Of a stretch of 64,000 bases of DNA, positions 1 through 9,833 are shown piece after piece. The first letter of the stretch is position 1. Every line of letters begins with the position of its first letter. Both the position numbers and the translations under genes were made by a program. The DNA is from an uncultured bacterium (GTDB taxonomy: Bacteria > Verrucomicrobiota > Verrucomicrobiia > Limisphaerales > UBA8199). The DNA is taken from assembly GCA_963749495.1 (NCBI GenBank), contig CAVVMW010000014.1:384001-448000 (forward strand). Reading direction: 5' to 3'. The notes under the pieces were generated by a model. That model was not told the origin of the DNA, made no database searches, and worked only from the letters and a program-made list of their open reading frames with translations.

Positions 1-686
1 AGCATGACCAGGAGGACGACCAGGCCAATCGGGAGGCCGGGCACCGTGAGCAGGGAGCCTGACGCCTCCATTAAACAGGTCTCCTTGGGCCGCATTTGGC
101 CTGGCGGCCCGGTCAGGCGCAGGACGAGGTGTCCCTGGCCCCCGGGCCCGCCGACCGGGCCGGCGCTCGGGGACGCGCTATGGAAGTGTCGGGCAAGACC
201 CCACCGGTTCATGAACGAACACAATCTGGAGGCGCTCGTCGCGGACTGTATCCTGTCGGAACCGAGGGGCCCGGTCAGCGGACCACTGGGTCGGCACCAC
301 GGACGGTTCCGTCTTGCCCTTCTGGACCGGGCTCCAGTGGCAGGGTCACCGGTGTGCCAGCAATGCGCTCTGCGGCACCGGCCCTGTCGGCCCCGCATGT
401 GATTTGCGAATGCCCCGGCACCATGACATCGCTGCCCTTTACGAATGAGAATCCGCGTCCGCAAAGCTCGCACTTTCGTAAACGAATTCAAGTTCGCTGC
501 GCCCCCAAAAAGTCCGTTCTACCCGGTGTAGTTAAAAGTGCGGGCCACTGGAGCAGCCCGGCCTGAGAACGAATATGAACGGTGAAAACTTAATGCTTTG
601 TCCTGCCTCGGTGCCCTCTTGGGCAGCGGGGCTCACCGTTCTCCCGTCTCCTCCAGGCCGGGGCAGGACTCACGTTCGTCCCCGCC

Positions 687-1235
687 ATGTTGCGAACAAT
701 AGTCGAGGCTGACATCATGAGCACCAACACCTGGATTCAATTCCGCACACAGCTCTTCGAGATGATGGAGGAGCGGCGTGCCAAAGTCGCCCTCTTCCGT
801 TTAGAGCAGGTGTACTTCTTCATCTCTCGGTGCTCGAAATTGTTCACCTCGCCTGGGGCGAAGGATGGGCAGGACGCGTTGAGAGCGATCCAGGATGAAG
901 GCACTTTTTTGCTGGTGGCGGATTCGCTGCCGGCGTTTCTCGCGAGGCTCCGGGCCCTCGGGGGTGAGGAGGAAGCGAACCAGCCAGTCGCCGTACAGCC
1001 TGACCCGCAACCCACCGACCGGGGCGCTCGCCAAACCCCACAACCCGACGCCGATGTGAGTCGCAACGCGGCGAGACCTAAACCAGGGCTGAAACGTCCG
1101 ATTACACACTGCACCGAGCATCAACCGCCACACCACCCCCAGCCGACATCCGATGCCCGACGCAGCTCGGCCGGCCCTTTTGACGCGGACCGAATCAAAC
1201 AGATCCTGAACGACACCCTGAATATCCAAGGCTGA
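687..1235 (+). CDS. hypothetical protein, possibly a truncated TerB-C-domain protein
   Basis: 182-aa ORF with a Pro-rich linker. It ends in 'FDADRIKQILNDT', which resembles the start of TerB-C domains, and lies directly upstream of DUF2791 and Lhr fragments. Confidence 0.35.
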   Translation: MLRTIVEADIMSTNTWIQFRTQLFEMMEERRAKVALFRLEQVYFFISRCSKLFTSPGAKDGQDALRAIQDEGTFLLVADSLPAFLARLRALGGEEEANQPVAVQPDPQPTDRGARQTPQPDADVSRNAARPKPGLKRPITHCTEHQPPHHPQPTSDARRSSAGPFDADRIKQILNDTLNIQG

Positions 1236-1503
1236 TCAGGACCGTGGATTATTCTCTGTCCCCGCACTGCGCTCGCGGCTCCAGGGGTGTGCGCCCGGCG
1301 GGTATGTCGACTATGCCAGCCCGGTGCTGCGGCTCGATCCCCTCGGTCGGGAGGAGCTGCTCGTGCTCCTCCACAACGTGCGCCGCATCCACGCGCTCGG
1401 CGACGAATCCAGGTACCGCCTGCCGGACGAGGCAATCGAGCGCTTCCTCGGTCGGGCGCTCTCGCGGTTCGGGCGCACGGCGTTGGCAAATCCCCGGGAC
1501 GTG
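1234..1503 (+). pseudogene. C-terminal fragment of a DUF2791 (BrxD-like) P-loop ATP-binding protein
   Basis: Reads 'DQDRGLFSVPALRSRLQ...VDYASPVLRLDPLGREELLVLLHNVRRIHA...LPDEAIERFL...NPRDV', matching the family C-terminus (RGLYSYxALQSRL...PVLRL...TPR). No start codon or Walker motifs. Confidence 0.7.
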
Positions 1504-1686
1504 CGGAGTCTTTTGGCCCGGCTCGTGGGCGCCATCCATCGCCGCCCTCGATGCTTTGGCCTGTCGGCGACACTTGGCGATCCGTTCGCGGCACGATCCT
1601 TCCTGAATCAGGATAACCCCAACGCGGTGCGCGTCATTTCCGATAGGTCCACGGCGCGTGCCATTTCAGTTGAAGTAATCGCATGA
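1504..1686 (+). pseudogene. internal fragment of an Lhr-like DEAD/DEAH helicase, fused in frame to the DUF2791 fragment
   Basis: 'RSLLARL...RCFGLSATLGDP' contains SF2 motif III (SAT) in Lhr-type context. Confidence 0.65.
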
Positions 1687-2008
1687 CCCCAAACCCGCAG
1701 AGCAGCACGAGCATTAGCGGGACGGCGCCCGCTTGGCCATAGATTAAGTTCCGAATCCCAGCCATAGAGTTCTGTGGAATGGTTGGGTTAAACCGGGGAT
1801 TTGTAAACCCTCGTTTGCGGTCGAGGGGCCAGAACCAGTTGGCAGGCGTCCGGGCGACCAACAACTGGCGCACCGGCTTCGCGTACGACGGCACGATGCG
1901 CCTCCGGCGGCATGGCCGGCCTTTTTGCCCGCGCGGACAACGGCGCCGGCACCCTTGCCTACTGCCAGGGAAGGTGTCAAACGCTGTTGTGATAATGCAA
2001 GAAAATTC

Positions 2009-2037
2009 TTGACAAGCCAAGCCGCTTGACCCATTGT
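2009..2037 (+). promoter_or_regulatory. possible sigma70 promoter of the protease/inhibitor operon
   Basis: TTGACA, a 17-nt spacer, then CATTGT, about 100 bp upstream of the ATG at 2139. Confidence 0.35.
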
Positions 2038-2138
2038 TGCTCATGAATGGGTGTAACCCTGTTCACGCGCGCGGCGCCGAGACCACCGGCGTGGGTAAAA
2101 ACCAAATGCAAATCAGTGACTGAACGAGAGGAATCATT

Positions 2139-3017
2139 ATGCCTAAGTTAGATGTGACAGAGCTCAAAAACATGCTGCGCTCCCTCGAGGCGCGCTGGCA
2201 GGCCGAAGAGCAGCCCGAGCGCCGTCTTGGCTACACCCCAGGGCTGGAAGAGCACTCCCTGCAAACGCGGGAAATGCTCGCCCATTCCAACCACCAACAC
2301 TTTATGGCGACGGCGGCGGTCGCAGGCCCCCCGCCCCCGCCGCCTTTCCTGCCGGCGATTGACTGGCGAGCGTTCCCGGGGGGCAGTGGCTGCCCCGCAG
2401 GCAACTACGTGACGCCCATTGAGGATCAAGGGAATTGTGGGTCGTGCGTCGCCTTCGGAACCGTCGCCGCCATCGAATCGGCGAAGCGCCTCGGGGCCAA
2501 GAATCCAAATCTTCCGGCTGACGAGTCGGAAGCCGACTTGTTTTATTGTCATGGCGGCATCAACCCGGGTCCAACCTGTGAAACCGGTTGGAACGTCGGC
2601 GCTGCCTTGAACGTTTGCCAGAAAGTCGGCATCGTCAACGCCACCTGCTTCCCTTATACTGCCGGCGATCAGCCTTGCAAGAAATGTGCCAACTGGCGCC
2701 AACGGCTGACCAAGATCACCGGGTCTGTCCAGCTAACCGCAACGGCGGCCATGAAACAATGGCTCGACAACAACGGTCCACTGATTACTTGCTTTAGCGT
2801 GTATGCGGATTTTTACAACTATCGTAACGGCGTTTACCACCATGTCGCCAGCGCGCTCGAGGGCGGCCATTGCGTTTGTGTGGTTGGCTATAATAACCCT
2901 GGCGGCTACTGGATTTGCAAGAACAGTTGGAGCGCCGCCTGGGGGATGCAAGGGTTTTTCAACATCGCCTACGGGCAGTGCGGCATCAATGCTGCCATGT
3001 GGGGCGTCAAACTCTAA
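2139..3017 (+). CDS. papain-family (C1A) cysteine peptidase
   Basis: 'DQGNCGSCVAF' (oxyanion Gln and catalytic Cys), 'GGHCVCVVGY' (His) and 'WICKNSW' (Asn). GAGG RBS upstream. Confidence 0.93.
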   Translation: MPKLDVTELKNMLRSLEARWQAEEQPERRLGYTPGLEEHSLQTREMLAHSNHQHFMATAAVAGPPPPPPFLPAIDWRAFPGGSGCPAGNYVTPIEDQGNCGSCVAFGTVAAIESAKRLGAKNPNLPADESEADLFYCHGGINPGPTCETGWNVGAALNVCQKVGIVNATCFPYTAGDQPCKKCANWRQRLTKITGSVQLTATAAMKQWLDNNGPLITCFSVYADFYNYRNGVYHHVASALEGGHCVCVVGYNNPGGYWICKNSWSAAWGMQGFFNIAYGQCGINAAMWGVKL

Positions 3018-3033
3018 CGCTACGGCGAAGACC

Positions 3034-3360
3034 ATGGCTGTTTTGAGCTGCCACGAGCAAGATGACGGGAAGGCTATTGAAATTCAAGCAGGTAAGCGAA
3101 TCGTCATTGATCTTAAAGAGAGTCCCACCACCGGCTATAAATGGACTGATCCTTTGTTCGATAAGCAGTTTCTCGGTCTTGAGGCCAATGAATTCAAATT
3201 GGGACCGCAGGCCGCCGTTGGGGGCGGAGGGACGAGGCATCTTGTGTTCGTTGCCAAGCTTCCGGGCAACACTCCCATTACTCTGATAAACAAACGGCCC
3301 TGGGAGGGCTCGGGGCCTCCGGTGGGGAAATTCACCATCATGGTCAGAATCGTGAAGTAA
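3034..3360 (+). CDS. protease inhibitor I42 (chagasin) family protein
   Basis: Has the three chagasin loops 'ESPTTGYKW', 'VGGGG' and 'RPWE'. ATG lies 16 nt after the protease stop. Confidence 0.9.
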   Translation: MAVLSCHEQDDGKAIEIQAGKRIVIDLKESPTTGYKWTDPLFDKQFLGLEANEFKLGPQAAVGGGGTRHLVFVAKLPGNTPITLINKRPWEGSGPPVGKFTIMVRIVK

Positions 3361-3521
3361 GCGCCGATGGTCTGGAAGGTGTCAAACCATAACTTTGCAC
3401 ATTTGGTTGACAACCGAGGCGGGTTTTGGCAGCGCGGCAAGAGCGAAGTGAGAAGTTATGGCGTAACTGTTTAGCACACCTACCCCCTGACGGTGGCGGG
3501 CGGGAGGAAGTAGCTTAGTTA

Positions 3522-3662
3522 GAGCCTGTCCCAAAAGCTCCGATTCCGAACCTTTGTCGCGTCCTTCGTCGCCAACTTTGTCGAAAAATGGCCAATCCGA
3601 CAAAGGTCGAGACAAGGGTTGCGAGGAGGTTTTCCACTCGCCGGGTTCCTTGGGACAGGCTC
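3522..3662. mobile_element. 141-bp MITE-like element with 13-bp terminal inverted repeats
   Basis: GAGCCTGTCCCAA (3522-3534) and TTGGGACAGGCTC (3650-3662) are perfect inverted repeats. Internal TTTGTCG/CGACAAA inverted motifs. No ORF and no clear target duplication. Confidence 0.7.
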
Positions 3663-4341
3663 CGGTTACTTAGAAGGTGTGGGGCAGACCTGAACGCTTA
3701 CCCCCCATGCGTCGGCATCTACACAAATCGGAAATGCCTTCGAGGTCAGAAACAACGCATCCGTGTCCTGTCCCTCCGGGACAAGACGCGGGGGCGTGGG
3801 CCTCTGCGGCGATAGCGCAGAATCCTCCTCTCATGCAGCAGCGCCTTCACCGCCGTTAGGATGCTTCGGGTCGCGAACCGAAGTTCCCAGCGGGTTTCCT
3901 GGCACGACTCGCTCGCGACGCCGTTCACGACCTCCCAATAAGGCACGGCTTCGCGTCGGCGTTCGCGGAGGAAACCCAAGACGGCATCCTGCCACTCCTC
4001 CTGGAAGGCATCTTCGGTCCAATGCCGGGGTTCCGGCTTGGCAGTGGAACGTGGGCTTGTAGTCGGTATTGATTTCGTCGGCGGTCGCCAACCCGCCACA
4101 GGCGTTATCAGAGTATTCATCGCAATACTTACCAGCGGCGAGCATGAGATGCTCGTTGTCGGATTTGTGGCCAGCGCCGGGTATATGTCGCGACCCTGGC
4201 TGCGTTGCAACCGGCGCAGCGGCGGCGTGTCGGCGTCCGAGGGCTGCGCGACGCGGGCCGGCGTTTACGCCAGCAATGTCGCGGTCGTGGAGTTGCCCGA
4301 AACAATTCGCATCGAGGAGCCAGAGTACGTGCCGGTCGCGC

Positions 4342-4377
4342 CTGTTAAACAAGACGCCGCTGTTAAACAAGACGCCG
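4342..4377 (+). repeat. 18-bp tandem duplication
   Basis: CTGTTAAACAAGACGCCG occurs twice in tandem. Confidence 0.9.
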
Positions 4378-4506
4378 TTACGCCCAGCCAGCCATGGCCC
4401 AGGCACGTGCCGATGAAGCGGCGGGAACGCACGAACCGTAAAGCTCACGGACCTTAACAATGTTAATGTCCAGGCATCGAGGCGGCGTAACGGCCTTCGT
4501 GGGGTA

Positions 4507-5563
4507 GTTACGGCGTGAAACTGAAGACGACCACGCTCGACGGCGCCGAATTCGCGAGCCCGGCTTTTAACGGCGGCAAACGTCCGTCAAATCGGCACGG
4601 TAAGAGCGCCTTCGTGAGGCTCGACCAGGACCAACGCAACATGTTTTGACACACTCGACCTGCGGAATTTGACAGAGCCTTTGATGTCGCCGGCAAAAGG
4701 AATCCGCGTCAAGCTCAGCCACGCCCAGGAGGCAACCTTGGCAGGGAGGAGCGCGTCAAATTGGATTGCGCTTTTTGACAGGCCGTTTGTTGCCCGCCGC
4801 AATGCAACGGCCTCCCAACAACTGGGTTAGACGCCGTTCTGTCACATTTGACAGAGGAGGCAGGCCGAGTGTTGACCAGCATTTGCCGGGGGACGCCCCA
4901 GTTGACCCAACCAACCCAGCACGTGTTCTTGCCGCAGGCTTTATTTCCCTGTTCCAGCGAGTCCTGCGGGCAAGTCGCCGCGATTGACGATCCACGGGTC
5001 AGCCAGCAACTCCTTGACGTTATTATTCCTGGCCAGGCTCCATTTCGCGTCCCAGCTCATGAAAAACACCGCCTTGGGAAAGTCCTTCTTCACGCCTTCG
5101 AGGAACCGCCGGTAATCGTAATCGCCCGGTGGATTGCGCGAGCCGTGAGGGCCGTACTCCGTGAAGCCAAATGGCTTCTGGATCTTCGCCACCTCGGCAT
5201 AGCCCTTGGAGATCGGCGTAATCCGTCCCCACCAAGGCAGGCCACTGGCCGGTCCGGTCGTGGATCTCGTCCATCAGGCGCAGAGTCGTGCTACGGCCAA
5301 AACCTGTGAATTGGCCCGAGACCAATCGCCTATCCTGGCGGGCGCTGAGGCCCTGGAAATAGTCGAGAATAGCCCTGGCTTTGGCGTTGGCATTCGGGTT
5401 GGCAGGCTCCAGCGCGCTGGCGGCAGCACAGGCAAACAAGAAGCTCAACACCAGGAGCCGGCAGAAAAGCGGTTTCATTGTGCTTTGGATGACGAGTCAT
5501 GGCCGTATGTTCAATCGCGGCCCGGTGCTCCAGTTCAAACCGCTCCGCCTGGGCTGCCGCGTG
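4507..5563 (-). repeat. 1057-bp inverted repeat, left copy (partner 30859-31915)
   Basis: Near-identical ORF translations occur on opposite strands. Ends were checked by eye; two mismatches seen (4722, 4806). Confidence 0.97.
4941..5478 (-). pseudogene. GH26 beta-mannanase with large internal deletion (copy 1)
   Basis: Signal peptide plus 'EPANPNANAKARAILDYF...SGQF...GQWPALVGTDYAD' is joined out of frame to the C-terminus 'KPFGFTEYGP...FFMSW...DPWIVNRGDL'. Confidence 0.8.
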
Positions 5564-5747
5564 TCTCCGCTAAGGCGGCAATGATCCGTTCCCGGCAGGC
5601 CCTGACCCACCGTTCATCCTTTTCAATCCCAATGAACTGGAACCCATTGAGTATGGCAGCAACACCGGTGGTTCCGGTGCCGCAAAAGAGGTCCAGAACG
5701 CTTCCTCCTGGCGGCGTGATGAGCCTGACCAGGTAGTTCATCAGCGC
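5564..5747 (-). pseudogene. C-terminal fragment of an N4/N6 DNA methyltransferase
   Basis: 'ALMNYLVRLITPPGGSVLDLFCGTGTTGVAA...FIGIEKD' contains the FxGxG SAM-binding motif. Confidence 0.85.
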
Positions 5748-5748
5748 A

Positions 5749-6045
5749 GGCCCGACGGGCTTGGTGCTGGGGAGTGACGGAGCACTTTATGGGACCACCG
5801 AGTACCATGGGAAGAATGGCGGAGGGACAGCGTTCAAGCTGAAGCCCGACGGCAGCGATTTCAGCATCTTGCACAACTTCCCCGGCACTGAAGGGGATGG
5901 GCAGAATCCATCTGCCAGCATGGTGCAAGGGAGTGACGGGGCGTTGTATGGCATGACAAAAACATGCAGCACCAACAGCTTCGCCACAGTGTTCAGGCTT
6001 TCCTCTTCTGTCTCCCGACCGATGCCTACACCCCCAACAAAGTGA
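5749..6045 (+). pseudogene. GloVer (Gloeobacter/Verrucomicrobia) repeat protein, C-terminal fragment
   Basis: 'LVLGSDGALYGTT...GGTAFKL...LHNF...DGQNP...VQGSDGALYG'. Confidence 0.85.
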
Positions 6046-6176
6046 CGAAATGTAGGCCTTGCCAACCAGCCAGCTTCTCTGGAGGGTCACGCTGGTCACA
6101 TCGAAGACGAGGTGTCCCGGCCCAACCGCTGCTCATGGGCAGCAGCAGGTCACTGCCGGTGCCAGAGGCCACGGTG

Positions 6177-7673
6177 TTAGGAGCGTGGCATGGCGTCGGG
6201 CCGTGGCTCCATCCGAGGTCTTGCGACTGCACTGCCAACTACCATGAGTCCCAACCCGGTCCAGAGGGCGAGAATGACGTACATGGCCGCAAAGAATGGC
6301 GCAATAGACTGCACGCTGGCCCGGTCGGCAGACGGGTTCAACACCGCGACCAGAAGCGGGCCAACGCAGACAAGAGCCGCCGTTAGACCCAGCAGCCAGG
6401 CTCGTGCGCATCCTCCCGTGCGTCGCCAAAGACCAAATGGCAGCGCGGTGAAGATGAGGTAAGGCCAACCAAATCCTTTGCCGGTTTCTTTCGCCAAAAT
6501 CCAAAGCTGCCCGATGAACCGGCCCAGTTCATCGGTTGGGCGGTAACGCTCATACTGGCCACGGGTAATCCCGTGGAAAAAGCCCTCCACCGTGCGAGCA
6601 TAGGCCCAGTTCACCGGCGGGTTCGTCATCGATGAGAGCGGCAGGTAAAAATACCATCCCAGCCCCAGGAAGAACAGGAGTCCGCACAAACCCGCTGATT
6701 TCCACTCCGAACCAAAGCGTCGAGTTCTGACAATCACAGCCACAGCCGCAATGCCGACCAGCAAAAATGCGCCCAGGAACCCGGCGCTTCCCAGCATGTC
6801 TGAACCGAACCACCGGGACAGGCCAAGCGCACTGAGCGCCCAATCGGTAACCGCCAGCAGGGAGATGACCAAGGACAAATCCCGCCCCAGTCCTCGGTCG
6901 CGTAAAAGGACCAGCAACAGAAGGGCCGGTAGCAGGACGAGCAGTTCTTGATTGCTGGTCAGGAGCAGGCCGAAAACAAAAAATGCTCCGCCAAGAAACC
7001 GCCTGCGTTCCGGTCTGCCCGTCCAGCGGAGCAATAGACAAAGCACTGTCGCAAAGAGCAAAACGCTCAAAGCCCAAATCTCGGTGACGACCGCCATGCT
7101 CCAAACCACTTGGCTCAAACCGAGCGCCATTCCCGCAAGGAAGCCGCAGCCGACCCGAAGCAGTTTTTGCTCTGGCAGTTCCCGGCTTGTAAACGCGGGC
7201 GTGGTTTCCAAGAGCATGGCTCCCGCCCGTGACACCATCAGGGCCACCAGGCCGGATGCCAGCGAGGCTGCAACCGCCGACCCCACCGCCACGCGCCACG
7301 CAATATTCGAGAACGGGAGCAGCTTGGTGAAAAGCCAGGAATAAAGGGTCCAAACTGGAAAGCCGGGCGGATGCGCCACGCCCGCGTACTTGGCACTGGT
7401 GGAAAGCAGGCCGGAATACTCCAGCGTTACCTCCGGGGCGAGCGTCCGCAAATAGACCACCAGGAGCACGACTGATGTAAACCAAAAGCTCAGCCAGTCT
7501 GTTCGTTGGAAGAACGGGCCGGTTGCAAATGACGCCTTGCCCGCCTTATCGCCAGGTCGCCCAGCAGGGGTGACCTGTGCCTGCGGTTGGTCTGCGTCAT
7601 CGGTCATCGCGGTAATGAATATTCCAATGGATGGACACCGCGGAGCGAGGTTTTGTTTATTTGATTCCCTCAC
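6177..7673 (-). CDS. DUF2723-family polytopic membrane protein (GT-C-like), possibly C-terminally short; start uncertain
   Basis: 'YLRTLAPEVT...GVAHPPGFPVWTLYSWLF', 'YFYLPLSSMTNPPVNW' and many TM helices. Confidence 0.8.
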   Translation of the reverse strand: MRESNKQNLAPRCPSIGIFITAMTDDADQPQAQVTPAGRPGDKAGKASFATGPFFQRTDWLSFWFTSVVLLVVYLRTLAPEVTLEYSGLLSTSAKYAGVAHPPGFPVWTLYSWLFTKLLPFSNIAWRVAVGSAVAASLASGLVALMVSRAGAMLLETTPAFTSRELPEQKLLRVGCGFLAGMALGLSQVVWSMAVVTEIWALSVLLFATVLCLLLRWTGRPERRRFLGGAFFVFGLLLTSNQELLVLLPALLLLVLLRDRGLGRDLSLVISLLAVTDWALSALGLSRWFGSDMLGSAGFLGAFLLVGIAAVAVIVRTRRFGSEWKSAGLCGLLFFLGLGWYFYLPLSSMTNPPVNWAYARTVEGFFHGITRGQYERYRPTDELGRFIGQLWILAKETGKGFGWPYLIFTALPFGLWRRTGGCARAWLLGLTAALVCVGPLLVAVLNPSADRASVQSIAPFFAAMYVILALWTGLGLMVVGSAVARPRMEPRPDAMPRS

Positions 7674-7679
7674 AAGGCG

Positions 7680-8755
7680 TTGCGATAGGGCGTTTCAAGC
7701 TGGAACGTCCGGCCAAGGAATCCTTCTATATGTGGGGCAAACCCTGGCTCACTGTCGAATTCAAGCTGGTTTCGACCAAGACGGCCACGATTCATCGGCT
7801 GGCAAACCCCAGTTTCTATCGGCAGTTCCGATGCTTTGTGGGCGGCGAAACCGGCATTGACGACGCTCAAGGGTTTTGGCGAGGTGCCTTTAAGCGTTAC
7901 CGGGACGGGTCCTTTGGCTACATCTTGAGTTGACGGTTTCCACGGGATTCCAAATGGGTTAAGTTCAGAATCGAGCAGCGAATGACTGAGGACGGCCCCT
8001 GGCGCAGCATAGCAAACTTCAGAATAAAAAATCCCTCTCATCCTGCCAATCAGCCATGGAGTGCTGAGACCATTCCTGCTGCCAAGATGCTCAACGGCCT
8101 GGAATTCGCCCTCGGAGGATTGACCCTGGAAGCTCCGCCCCTTGACGGAAGGGATATTTGGAATCATATCGTGAGTCTGCGGCTGCGCGTCCGAACCAAC
8201 GCGGTCACGCTGACAAACTGGTCCGCCGCCCGCGTCGAAGGCGAAGACGCTAGCAGCAATTGGGGGTATTTTGAAGACAGCGGCGCGGTTACGAATGATT
8301 GGACTCTGTACTGGGGCTGGTCCGGCTTGGACCCCAGGTTCGTGTGGAAGCTCGACATCGATTTTTGGCCCATATCGGATTTCGCTCCTGAGAACCTGCA
8401 TCGTTTTCAAGTGCCGGTTCCGCTGTCCGGGCCGATTCCGACAAACTCCGCTGGCATCCCTTTGGAGATTAGCTGGGTCAACCAGAACATGCTCTCGGTC
8501 CAAATGCTCACGAATCGTCCCGACTTGCGCGTATCGTTCGCCACAGCCAAGGACCGAGAGGGCCGAAACCTGGACAATCCCAGCGGTAATTGGAATCAAG
8601 GCGGCTTCTGGCGAGGATTAAAGCTCGAGGGAACCACCGAATTTGTGGAGGCGACTATCGCCATCGTGCCCAATGTGCATGTCACCTACTATGTCCAGCC
8701 GAAGTTGGTTCCGCTCTCAGGCCAAAATCAGTCGCCACACGGGCAATCCCCCTGA
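7680..8755 (+). pseudogene. hypothetical protein, 5'-truncated, with in-frame TGA at 7931-7933
   Basis: ORFs 7631..7933 and 7982..8755 share a frame, and the sequence reads through plausibly ('GYILS*RFPRDSKW'). Confidence 0.6.
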
Positions 8756-9373
8756 ATCGCCCGGCGCGGTCGCCAAGGAGGTGGGGATGAGGAATCCCTC
8801 GGAAGGAAACCGACCGCCACCGGGCATTGGCGGGATACAAATCCTGGCCCCGATCGTCAAGCACCTTGCTCGTCGTGCAGACCTCGTGCCCCCTGCAGCC
8901 CGGCACGCCATCACGACGAGGTTGGCCATGGGGTCGGACCCGAGCCACACGCAGTTGCCCGGCACGGCGTCCAGCGACAGGGAGAGGCCCAAGGGCATCT
9001 CCGGGCGGCGCGGGCGAGCGTCGAGCGGCCAGCACCAACCGGGTCATTCCGAACCCGTCCTCCCTGCTGGCCTTCGTCGCCTATTTCGTCCTCAATGGCG
9101 CAGTGTTCCTGTCCCTGTTCCGCTGCTGCTACCGTCGTGACGCCGGTCGGCACCACGTCAACCGTGGACCGCAACACGTGGTGGTCGGCGACCGCGAGTT
9201 ACAGCACTATCAGCAACGCCATCGGGTCTCTGGTTTTGACCTCTGTCGTCCACATTGTTGGCGGGGCTAATCCGGGCAATTCATTGCTCGGCACGTTTAC
9301 CGGCACTGGCTGGCCGACTGGAGGAACACAACAAAAGACTCGCAGTGGCCCGGCAGAGTCTTAGACTCCGCGC

Positions 9374-9718
9374 ATGAACCCGATAAAGCAAATGTTGACG
9401 GAAGGCAACGGCACGTGGTCGCTGCTGCGCGTGTGCGTATTGGTAATCATCGCGGAACTGCTCTTCGAGCACGTTTACAGCCTCGTCCAGGAGGGCAAAC
9501 CCATGCCCTGGAATTACCAGGATGTGCTCGCGCTCGTTGGGGCGCTGGGCGCAAAGGTTGCGCAAAAGCCGATGGAAGCTCGTGGGCCGCAGACGACAAC
9601 ACCCGCTTCTAACCAGCCTGGCGTCGTCGACGCTTCCACGTTCAAGCGGCTTCTCGTCATCATACTCATCATTTCCAGCGCCAGCCTGCTCACTTCAGGA
9701 CCGTGCCGATTCTTGTAG
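9374..9718 (+). CDS. small membrane protein, phage holin-like
   Basis: Two TM segments with 'SLLRV...GALGAKVAQKPME'. The C-terminal part may be a fusion. Confidence 0.4.
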   Translation: MNPIKQMLTEGNGTWSLLRVCVLVIIAELLFEHVYSLVQEGKPMPWNYQDVLALVGALGAKVAQKPMEARGPQTTTPASNQPGVVDASTFKRLLVIILIISSASLLTSGPCRFL

Positions 9719-9833
9719 CCCGCCGGATGAGCCAAGTCGAGGCAGGCCGTGTGGACGACTTGCCGGGCCTTGTACGGAAAGCGGCTATGGTTGCACAAAA
9801 CCGAAGTGAGATGGAAGGGTGGGAGGCAACGTC

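Noticed and set aside
1234..1503. A functional BREX system
   Set aside because: Only a short DUF2791 fragment is present; there is no pglX, pglZ or brxC, and the neighbours fit the TerB/Lhr context.
4507..5563. The 1057-bp repeat as an insertion sequence forming a composite transposon
   Set aside because: No transposase ORF, terminal inverted repeats or target duplication; the content is a deleted GH26 gene and non-coding DNA.
7931..7933. TGA recoding (selenocysteine or alternative genetic code)
   Set aside because: TGA terminates many intact genes here, and the context fits Trp rather than a redox Cys.
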